Source: Hydrolagus colliei
Taxonomy: Eukaryota
NCBI GenBank assembly: GCA_035084275.1
Contig: CM068761.1
Span: 5,084,001-5,148,000 of the forward strand
Direction of reading: 5' to 3'
Length of the DNA stretch: 64,000 bases
Both the position numbers and the translations under genes were made by a program. Below the pieces are notes generated by a model, which searched no databases, had not been told where the DNA came from, and saw only the letters and a program-made list of their open reading frames with translations. Each line of letters begins with the position of its first letter. Within the stretch, counting starts at the first letter, position 1. Of this stretch, positions 54,051 through 64,000 are shown one piece after another.

Positions 54051-55243
54051 CAAAATCCTGCCAGAAAAGCCTCTTCCAACATGGTCTCCAGTTGACCTTG
54101 GTCAAACACTGCTTTTTTTTAATCCACAAGGTTTCAGCAAGAAGCACAGTATAATCCAGGCATAAATTCCATGACAATTAGAAGTTTATATATCTAGAAT
54201 TTTTCCCAATGTATTCTTACTGATTATAGACTAATGAAGAAATGCAGTGATAACAAACTCCACTAGAGGGATTTTTTCCTCAAGAAAATAAACAAAGGTT
54301 TCCTTTGATTGCAACATAAAATATTAATAAACCTGACAAACATCTTATAGGAAAAAAATTGCTCTTCATCACAGCATGTCAAATTAATGCCCGTTAACAC
54401 CAACATTACAACAAAATAATTGGAAAAACAGGATGCTCATGGCTGAAAATAGACTTCTAACAATCAAACTAGCAGACTTCTAGTGGTGATGAAGGAAAAT
54501 CAGGGTATTGCTTTACAGAAATAAGTGTTAATATTTATTGCTGAGCCATCAACGCCCCAGTCACATGGATATAAAAAAATGTTGCGATACTCACTAATTA
54601 CTCACGTATTAATGTATGAAAATATTTTTACAGTTTATTAAGTGAATTAAGTCACCTCAAATTGAAAATGCTAGAAAATCCAAAGCGGTCAGTAATGTTG
54701 GTTTCAAGTCTCTTCAAAGGCCAACTTCTATAATATTATATATATATTAAAAAAAAACTTCAACCCTTAAGTTTTCCTGCTCCACGAGTAGAGCCTAACC
54801 CAATTCTTCTGTTCCTCTGTAAACTTGAAGGATAAGATGAGCAAAGGCAGTCAGAAATTAGTCAATCAATGTTTTTTTTCTCCATCTCATCCATCAGAAA
54901 AGCACACAGCCTCACTTGACTCTTTCCCCAGGTGAAATTTGGAACTTACTGCATGAGAAAGTAAAGGTGTGTAGCAGTGCTCCATCACAATGCTGATCAC
55001 TGTCCTCCTGGCTTTCAGGTTTCTGACCCTTTCTCCATTCATTTCGAAACTGTTCAAGCCTAATCTGATTGGTGAATGGTGAAAAACCCGAAACTCATCA
55101 TTCATTTACTCAGGCTTAACTCAACGTGTATTGGATCTAAACCTTTCCAACTGTCTTCTCGTCTTCTAGCTGCTTCCTGCTATAATGTAAACTAACTGAC
55201 TGGAAGAAAACTAGTTCAGTTCAAATCCACCTGCTAGTCTTAT

Positions 55244-55261
55244 TGTGCCCTCTGGTGGCCA
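55244..55261 (-). promoter_or_regulatory. Candidate CTCF-binding site
   Basis: Minus strand TGGCCACCAGAGGGCACA closely matches the CTCF core CCASYAGRKGGCRS. Confidence 0.6.
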
Positions 55262-56292
55262 AAATGAAAAAAACAACAACACCAAGTTGTTCAGCCCATG
55301 CAACAATAAGAGCTTAAACAAGAGCAAACATTCAAAAATATATACTGAGGCTTAATTATACAATTACATACATTATTTGGTGGGATTAATTCTTAACATC
55401 AATCACACCACCTTCTAATGACATTATAATATATACATCATACATTCTTGTAACCATATCCAACAAACATGCATTGAAACAGCTTCCTCTGCTAAATGAC
55501 TTAAAGCATAGTATTCAAATTGCTATTCTGAATAATTTCATTACCTCAAGGAACAAAATTCATCAGGATTTGATCACAAAGGAATCCACCAAAAGTCTTG
55601 CTCTTAACGCAAAAATTCAGTTTGTACAAAAGTGCTCTGCATATCCCACAGTTAAAAATGAACTGTCCTATCGTGTACAGTGCCATTAACTAAGATGGCA
55701 CAAAAATAAATCTCCAGTCCACATAATGGCAACCTAATAAAATGTGATCTACACACAGACTTTGAGATAAACTACTTCATATCTGTACCACAAGCATGAA
55801 TTGTTGCTTTAATTTTAATTAACAAGATTGAATCTTAAAAATGATCACACACTTGTCTATTGGAAAGACATAATATAAATCCATTGAATACTGCAACACC
55901 AATGTTCCACAAAATAAAACTGAAAGGGCAACCATTATTCAAAAAGTTCTCATTGCAAAGAACGTCAATACCAACGGTTTAGGAAATCAATTGACAAACA
56001 GATGTAAATAGTCAGACATTTAATATTTATTCATTCAAGTTTTAAAATATACATTAAAAGTGTATTAATAATATGCACAGAAATATGTAGGCTTCACTGT
56101 GGCCCAAATACTTTCAATTTAAAAAAAGTCTTAAATTAGATTAAATGTGTAAGTGCAATTTTATGATACTTACAGCAAGAAGTACTGGTATTGAAGGGTT
56201 GCATAATTCTATGAATTCCTTAGTAATGCTTTAAATCAACATTCTTTTTTGAAAGTGCAAAACTACTAAAATAGTAGACACCAATATGTAAA

Positions 56293-56609
56293 AATAATAA
56301 ATAATATTATTTACATGCATTTTGATTCAGTACCTTTCACATCTCCTAATCTAGACGTTTTAAAGCACTTCACAGAATATGGTGTAAAGTGAATTGACTG
56401 TATATTTGTGGGCAAAATGGGGCAGCCAATTGTGCAGTGTACCTCAAACAGTTATGCAATGAAGTGACCAAATTATTATTGGGTTTTTTTTGAGGGATGA
56501 TTATTAGGCATGTGGAGTAAGGAAACCTGTCCATAGTTTTGTCCTGCCTGGAATTAAACCTGGGTCTGTATCTTACAATTCGAGTGCTCCTACCACTGAG
56601 TTACAGGAC
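56293..56609 (-). mobile_element. Near full-length tRNA-derived SINE
   Basis: Colinear with the 47533-47838 copy across head, body and tail. Confidence 0.87.
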
Positions 56610-57005
56610 CCAACAAAAATAAGGATTTTAAGGCACATTTGAAACCGTTACGAACCGGTATCTATAATTTTGTTCATTCATGGGACCACCATTAGGGACC
56701 CAAGTTTTTTTTTAATGAGTTGAATAAAACTGCTAGCAATGCATTGAACTTGATCCTCTTCAGTCCTTTGGATCTCTGACATGAACAGAGGTAAATTGTA
56801 ATCCTGTATTTTGCTTATCCCAACAACTAGGCTGTAGCTGTGACAGAAATTTCTGAATAAAGGCAACTTCCAAACCAAATTAGACATCACCTTAAACATG
56901 GATTGATTTCTCCTTCAAATTAGCAGTGTGTTCTGAACAAGCTTGGACACACATGCATCCAAATAAAATAAAACTAACAGGGAAAAATATTGAATATGTG
57001 TTTAC

Positions 57006-57122
57006 CTGAAAAGCTCACGGACTTCTTTTGGTTTGGCTTGGAATGGAATATTTCGGACCAGAATTTTGGACACCTTTTGCTTCTTCACTTTTTGGAGTTT
57101 TCTAGCTGAAGTAGTCATAGGC
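57006..57122 (-). CDS. RBM19: RBM19 coding exon (basic linker and RNP2 of the last RRM)
   Basis: ttttaag|G CCT...TTC AG|gtaaa, translating (R)PMTTSARKLQKVKKQKVSKILVRNIPFQAKPKEVRELF(S). KILVRNIPFQA is characteristic of RBM19/Mrd1. 117 bp. Confidence 0.96.
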
Positions 57123-58551
57123 CTTAAAACATGGAAAAAAAACTAATTTAACCTATTGAAAACAGATCACAAATTTCTGGGTTAGTTAATGGAATTGCTT
57201 TGTCCTCAGCACTTGGCCATGTATCCGAGTTGAGTCAACTCTGCTACTGAACAATCAAGGTGAGAATGAGGAAAGTCCTAGTGATCCATCTCGAACAAAG
57301 CTCTACCTCTTAGAAGCAGACTATTGAAGTGAAAAGCATTAATATTGAGACCTTCTCATTATTTAATTCTCCAGCAACTGGAGAAAGCTCCAGCAAGCTT
57401 TCTGAAGCTTTCTTGAAAAACCAGTAACAACAAGCATACACATTGAACTGGAAACTTAGTTGGCAATTAGCCTTGGTGAGATTTCAGCTTTGGTGAGATT
57501 AACACAAAGCAATCTCACTGCATGTAATATGTATTTTATATTAGTTTCTTAGTTCTTCTTGCATTGAATCCTTTGTGACCTGTTCCAGCTCTTCCTTATT
57601 CAAAACAAAATTCTCATCGACCAAAAGAGATACTATATTCCTTTTTAGAAACTTTTTCCTTTTGGGTACAACTTACATTTTCTGAGGGGTGTTTGCAAAT
57701 TTAATTCAAACGATTGCTGTTATCAAGTGGAAGGCAACATATGTTTTCTTAATTCTTCTGAACAAACTGTTTTGCTCTAAGGTGATAAATGGATATGCCA
57801 AGTTTTTAGAAACAGGCTGGAAAGGTTACTATTTACAATTATATGCACCAACTCCAAAAGCTTCCTTTTTAAGTGGTCGGTCTTAAAAATGTAATTGGTA
57901 CCAAGTCAGTTTCTTCTTTAAAGCAGGTCAAAATATTGGTGAGAGAAGGGAAGTGTATATAATATTTTGCCAACTATATGTACTGCCAATTCTAGAAATA
58001 ATGAGCAGCACTGGTAATTCTGAAGGCTGGTGTCTATCAAGCTAGAATTGCCAACAACTAATGCCTACCTCAAAGAAATCAAATTAGAATAAAGTTGATG
58101 ATTTCTCAACACAGGAGTTTATAATGTGCAATTAAGGGTAACAAAGGCATCCTAACGATTAACGGTACATCAGTAATGAAGAGATGGGTAAGGAAAATGT
58201 TAATGATCACGGGATAGAAATCTGGCCAATAATTTGGTTGTAGTGGAATTATAAGTGAAAGGTGTTTTTAATACTGTTTAAAATCTTTAAACTGTAGCTA
58301 TACAATCCATTAATGATTATTGTTAGGCTTTGATAATAGTGACGTAACATAATTTGGCCTGATCTAAAGTGAAGGCTGTGGTTGTTGAGGAGTTCTATTG
58401 ATAAGTTCTAAGGGTCAGGTATGAATCATGAATGGAAGCTACACAGGGAAGGCTTTGGTCAATGAACTGGGAAGATTAGATGTAAACCAACTAGCCATAA
58501 ATGACACAATTCAGAAGCAATCCAAAGCATTGAACAGATTAAAACAAATAC

Positions 58552-58607
58552 CTTGTTGCTCTGTCTGATATCTTCAGCTCCAGCTTATGATCATCCACCA
58601 TACAGTG
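58552..58607 (-). CDS. RBM19: RBM19 coding exon (end of the penultimate RRM)
   Basis: ccctcag|CAC...ACA AG|gtatt, translating HCMVDDHKLELKISDRAT(R). 56 bp. Confidence 0.93.
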
Positions 58608-59048
58608 CTGAGGGGGAAACAAATATACAGGTAAATCCCATAAACATCAGTGTGATGCAAAGAAAGTAAACTTAAAGATTTCTAATAGGACTTTCTTTTT
58701 TTTACAAAAACGGGATTATATTATAGGGAAATGGCAAATATGAGGAATATATCATAGGAAATGGCAAAGACTAATTCAAATAAAAGTATTGCATTTTTTA
58801 AACAATCCACAGTTGTACAATCATTTTCAATATCAGCTCACAACTCTACTATTTACAATAAGAATTAGGTATAGCAAAGTTTCATTATAATGATTGATCA
58901 CATTTTAAAGAATCACTTTTGTTACAGGTATACTTTTAAAAATAAAATAAAAGCTGCTATAGAATCTAAAGGATTTCAGTTACATTCAGCACATCATATA
59001 AGGAAAATGACAAATATTATTCCACCAATACAATACTTGCTTGGTTAC

Positions 59049-59128
59049 CTGCAATCGCTTTAATGCTTTCTCAGCACAATCTGGCTTCTTATATTCTACA
59101 AAACCATAACCCATTGACAAACGAGAAC
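59049..59128 (-). CDS. RBM19: RBM19 coding exon containing RNP1
   Basis: ctctag|GT TCT...TTG CAG|gtaac, translating (G)SRLSMGYGFVEYKKPDCAEKALKRLQ. 80 bp. Confidence 0.95.
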
Positions 59129-59404
59129 CTAGAGAGCACAATGAATCAGAAATTCAAAATCAGCACAAGATAACTCAAATGGTTGGACATTATTCCCGAC
59201 CAAAACTCACATAGCTTATTTGTCACTATAACATCCAGCGTAAGATGATGAAGTAAAACTGAAGTCTATCCAACAAGTTTACAATGCTACCAGAAAGAGG
59301 AAGATACCTACACCTCATAGGTCATGTTAAGTAACTTTTTATTGCAAACAAGAAATACTTTAAAAACATATGGGGAGTGGAAAATTGGGACTAGTTTGTA
59401 TTTC

Positions 59405-59475
59405 TAACAAAGAACCAACACATGTACAATGAGCCAAATGGCCTCCTCCTGCACTGTAAAATTCTGAGTCTATAT
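59405..59475 (+). mobile_element. CR1-type 3' terminus
   Basis: atgagccaaatggcctcctcctgcactgtaaaattctgagtctat resembles CR1 3' ends (GGGCCGAATGGCCT...ATTCTAT). Confidence 0.6.
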
Positions 59476-59609
59476 GTGTCTTTGGTTTAAAAGTTATCTT
59501 ATCTCTGTACCAGTGCCTTGGGACACGCTCTCGACACAAAAAGGCCCTATTTAAATATAAATTTGTAGTGTACTGGATTACCACTCAATAGACTAAGTTT
59601 GGTATTAAG

Positions 59610-60250
59610 TAGGGTCCGGCGATATATCGCTAAAATCCAATATAATTTTCATATCGATACGCCGATATAGGCATTTCAAAAATATCGATATATCGAAAAG
59701 TCGATATATGAACTACAAGACCCAGAATGCTCATCTCTATACACAATGCACAGACCGAGGTGCAAAGCCGCCATATTGTATTCATAGTCCTAGAATACAA
59801 TATACAGAAATGCAAGGGGTGAGGGAAGAGAGATGGGTGGGGGGGGGGGAGAGAGAGACAGCGGGTGGGGGGGAAGAGAGACGGCTGGGGGGGGGGGAAG
59901 AGAGGGACAGCGGCGAGGGGGAGAGATGGGGTGGATGTGATAATATACAGATAGATAGAGATGGGGGGGATGTGAGAGAGGAGAGAGACACAGACAGAAA
60001 AACACAGAGGTGGAGAGAGTGAGTGTGAGAGACACAGAGAAAGATATTTACCTCCTGAAGAGATAGGCATTTCGAGATTGTCCCCGAATGCGCGTGCACC
60101 CCGAATGCGCACGCACTTCGAATGCACACGCACCCCGAATGCGCGCGCATGCGCAGTACGAAAACCCCGAAAATATCGATATTTCGGTATATCACGATAT
60201 GAGCCCATCGATATATCTAAATCGGAAAATTTCCATATCGACGGACCCTA
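59610..60250. mobile_element. Non-autonomous hAT transposon (641 bp) in an RBM19 intron
   Basis: 16-bp TIRs TAGGGTCCGGCGATAT and ATATCGACGGACCCTA (15/16 match), perfect 8-bp TSD GTATTAAG at 59602-59609 and 60251-60258, and subterminal ATCGATAT repeats. Confidence 0.93.
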
Positions 60251-60444
60251 GTATTAAGTAAGCTTGATTTCACTGAATGGGTGATAGGCAATTCTTGAAA
60301 CAGACAGATTTAGCTCAGAAGGAAGACATTTGGTCACCATTGCAAATGATAGGCTATGGAAATTGGTCTACTTTCCTTAATCTGAAACTTGGGATCAGGT
60401 TTATCTGTACAATGTAAAAAGTTAAATGCACAAAAACAGCATAC

Positions 60445-60505
60445 CGGTCTTGTCTTTCTTCTTTGAAATAATGCAGCTTTTCAATGGTCCACACTGTTGA
60501 AACAT
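60445..60505 (-). CDS. RBM19: RBM19 coding exon (RRM)
   Basis: tgtgtag|ATG...ACC G|gtatg, translating MFQQCGPLKSCIISKKKDKT(G). 61 bp, in phase with both neighbours. Confidence 0.93.
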
Positions 60506-62781
60506 CTACACAAGACATGAAACCAACACTTTAATTAAACATGTTGGGAAACCAAAAACAATTTAGCCGAGTTCTTACAGTCAAGCAGCAAGTAATATAT
60601 TTTCTTTAACAGTTTGGACAGAAGTTTTTGTACTCCAAGGTGACAAATTGCTCTGCTGGGGTTTCAATGGATTAAGAGAGGTCAACAGTTGCAACAATAC
60701 ACCTCACCTTTCAAAGCGCCTACAGTCAATCAGTCCACAGAGAATTTTGTTTCCTTAATCTGAACAGGATTCAAATCAAATCCAGGGGTGAACAGTTGTT
60801 TTGTTCACTACTGTATTATAGGATGCAAATAATGCTACAAAGGCTGAATAATCAAGTCAATAAAACAGACAGAATGGTTATTTACAAATGGAATAAATAT
60901 TGAGTCAAAGGAGTGTTTTCTTTAAATGTCGCCATTATTTCTCTAAAATAGTGCAGTGAATAACAGCATGGCATACATTTGATAGCACTAACAAAATGGG
61001 TTATCTACACACCACACAGCTACAAAACCTGTAAGTAGCTAAATGTGGCTGAATTGGATTCCTTGGTAAAATCCTTGTGTCCAGTTGTTAGCCTGGCTTC
61101 CAGCAAATTTAGCAAAGCACGCTTCTGGCTAACAGTCAGCAGATAGTTTGTACAATCACAAATTGTTATAGATAGTACTGTACAATTTTCTGCAATGCAT
61201 AGTTTGCCAAATTTATCCATGTAGCAATTCATCTATGCTTCACAGTTCTCCCTTGAACCTATGCCAACTAAGTTCATTTTAAAAAAAGCAGTGAATTGAC
61301 CCCATAACATTGACCCCAAAACGTGCAACAGCGTGAAAATACCCTACAAATATCACTTGTTTATAAAAGATTTTAAATAACAGTTCAGATACTGTGCTGA
61401 GTAATCAGAAATAAGAACAAAAGGAGGCAAAGGAAAAAAGGGGCAAAAAAAGAGGGAATTAAATCTAGAAATACCCGCTGAATTAAACAAAGCTTGTCAA
61501 GTTGATTTAGTAGGTTGTGGCTAATCCGGTCAAATGCAGAACATTCAGTCAGAGACACCAGGCAGTGAGAATGAGAGATAATGTCTCAGGGATTCAAACT
61601 ATTTAAGCTTTATTGTGCTGCATCCTTAGTTTATTCTTAATTCAGAGATATTTTCTTAAAAATGAATGAACCATAACTGCCTTTAACATCAAAAGGTTTG
61701 CACCCTTTTCTACATGGCGTATTTCAAAATTGCATTGATTACAGTTATAAAATGTGTTTTGCATAAATAATTAGCTTCCACGTCAAAACCCCTTTCTCTC
61801 TACTTTGCTACTTCTAAGATGTTTAGAGTACGCTAGTTATACTCGGTATGTGCTGGAAAGAAAAGAGGCATACTTTCATAGTGTTTACCACTGCATGCAC
61901 AAAATGTTTGTTTTTCTTGATTTCCAAGTAGAAGAAATTCCAAACGTTCAATCCAATTACAATGTGGGGGGTTTAGGATCCATAAAGCTGGACCCCATAT
62001 TATAAAGGTGCCACAAAATAAAATTAAAAAGCTGCCAAACCCACTTCTGGGTTATAGGGTCTCTGCTGCAAGCACAAATCTCCTTTTGAGCACCCTCAAA
62101 TTACTCACTGTAACATATAGCACAAGTTATTTAGAACATGTTAACACTCAAGACTATCTGTAAGTCTAGGAAAGCTTCTATTTCCTTGGGCAAGGCGGTT
62201 CTGTGCATTTTTAGCTCACACTGTGAGGCTGAAAATACTATTACAGCTATTTGAACATCATAAACAGATTTATTATAGTATTAATCCTAACTAAACTAAA
62301 TGCTATTTGCCAAAGGCCACACACATCTAAAATGAATAAAAGCTCTAAAGTTCAGGACAGTGTAACAATGAAAACCTTATTTAGCTGACAGTTAGTTGCT
62401 TTGCTTAGCAATCATAATAATCACAACAGATATACACTGAGGTAAGTGATGCAAATTTCTGAAAAAATGGGCATGAACAAAAATGTGGCCATACTTAATA
62501 GCGAACTCAGTCGTCGGTCAGTGATGCTATAGTTTAACCCTAATTTATAACTTCCCTCTTGCTTCTGGATTCTCTAGTACACTTGATGTCTACTGCCTGC
62601 TCCAGTGTATAGTCTATCCTCTAAGGGTTTACAGAGATCTGTGACTTAAATGGTCAATGAAAGTTCTTAAATAAAGCAACTTCAAGAGGACTAAAACTTT
62701 AGAAGGAAAAAAACAGAATCTCTTACATCACAATGTGCATTACCAATATTATTCCTTTCCATAATTAACAAGAAAATTTAC

Positions 62782-62921
62782 CTCGGTCAGAGCTTCTTCA
62801 GTTGTTGAAAAGTTTAGGTTCTTGATAAATATAGTGCATCCCGGTATGGATTCTTCGTCCTCATCGGAACTCACATCTTTGCTCTCATTTTTATTTGATG
62901 TTTGATCACCTTGCTCCTCTG
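62782..62921 (-). CDS. RBM19: RBM19 internal coding exon: acidic linker and start of the penultimate RRM. First RBM19 exon inside the window.
   Basis: Reverse strand reads tttgtag|CA GAG...ACC GAG|gtaaa and translates EEQGDQTSNKNESKDVSSDEDEESIPGCTIFIKNLNFSTTEEALTE, matching the RBM19 motif PGCTLFIKNLNF (RNP2). 140 bp. Confidence 0.95.
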
Positions 62922-64000
62922 CTACAAAGCATAAAAGTTTTTTTTTATTGCATTAACCGTTGCTATCCTTAAATGAGCATCAAATACTAAATATGGATTT
63001 ATATAGCACCCCTCACACATGGTAGTGTTTTGCGGGGGGTTGTGACCAGAACAAAAGAAATGCAGTTGACGAATATGAAATTTACTAATTCTGGTATATC
63101 AATATTCAGCATAGGCAAAAACATAACGCACCACTGAGAGAGAGAGAAATAAAGAGTTGATTCGCTTTTCAGTGGAGAAAATGAATTGGATAGCTGGGAT
63201 GAGCACTCAATACAAAATGTCTGCTGTTCAAAAGGCTATCCTTAATGCTTCAGTTATGTACAGGAATCAGAAATTCAGTATTACTGCCAGAAGATGCTTG
63301 AACAGCAGATTTACAATGATGAGGAATATCAATTTAAGGCATGAGATTATTATACATATGCAATATATTTACATTAGTGAGGTTCACCTTGTATAAAATA
63401 TCAGATTACGTGCATAGAATTTTGTAAAATTAGCAACTTTGGAAGGAGATGCAAATAGTAGTCAATCTACACTTCTTTCTTCAGCTCAGTTCCTTCCACA
63501 ATCTTGCTCTTCGGTGCCCTCTCAGTCCACAATCATCATATTCGTCCACTTTGTGTTTGTATCAATCATAAAAGTTAAATGTACAACACCTTCAGGATGC
63601 AGCCAGTAATATGGATAGTCCCCTGTTAAAGGCTAATTACGGTTGGGAAACAAAGCCAGATTTCACCATCTTGCATTCTCTACACCAAATCGTTGCTGCT
63701 TCAGATTCACCATCACATTTTCTCTCTATCCTAGTTCTTAGCAGAGTTTCCTCACCGAAAAGAATTTCACACTCGTAGGGATATGAATGATATGAATGTC
63801 CAATGTCAAGTACAATTATAAAAAAAGCTTCAGAATTCTTCAAGACCTGTATTCATTTGCACTCGACATCAAGTTCAGAGCTCTCACCAAGTAATCTAAG
63901 AATGCTTACCCGTTTTTGTTAATGTGAACAAATAAAAATACACAAATGAGTCACTATTCTCTTCTTGCATCCATGTTTTTGAGGACAAGTGGACTTCAGG

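Noticed and set aside
59630-60208. Longest ORFs in the track (192 aa and overlapping frames)
   Set aside because: They lie wholly inside the non-autonomous hAT element and arise from low-complexity GA/CT sequence; no transposase motifs.
63910-64000. Open frame PEVHLSSKTWMQEENSDSFVYFYLFTLTKT ending at a phase-1 G|GTAAGC donor on the minus strand, considered as the next upstream RBM19 exon
   Set aside because: No resemblance to the expected preceding RBM19 exon (PLYLEWAP-containing), and the composition is intron-like. The true exon probably lies beyond the window.
1-64000. CRISPR arrays, operons or other prokaryotic systems
   Set aside because: The sequence is clearly vertebrate (spliceosomal introns, SINEs/LINEs), with no regularly spaced repeat-spacer array or long intronless ORFs.

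Overview
Eukaryotic, AT-rich vertebrate DNA, most likely from a cartilaginous fish. The dominant tRNA-derived SINE resembles the elephant shark (Callorhinchus) type; this is an inference from the repeats. The only protein-coding gene I can support is RBM19 on the minus strand. Its last 8 coding exons (62921 down to the stop at 23980-23982) splice in frame through GT-AG introns and encode the last two RRM domains and an acidic C-terminus; the 5' part of the gene lies beyond position 64000. Two of its introns are very long (about 16.3 kb and 14.3 kb). These introns and the 24 kb downstream contain repeat-poor blocks that look like conserved non-coding elements. The rest is repeats: many copies of a tRNA-head SINE, a DeuSINE remnant, a second older SINE-like family, a Penelope-like fragment with two decayed hammerhead-ribozyme motifs, a deleted Tigger transposon, two Tigger-type MITEs, a young hAT element, and CR1/L2 debris. 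There is one assembly gap. Almost all ORFs in the supplied track are spurious. I did not find a clearly novel multi-gene system. The best leads are RNA-level: a splice donor 21 nt after the RBM19 stop competing with poly(A) signals, a candidate recursive splice site, inverted SINEs around a two-exon block, the hammerhead relics, and several perfect hairpins.
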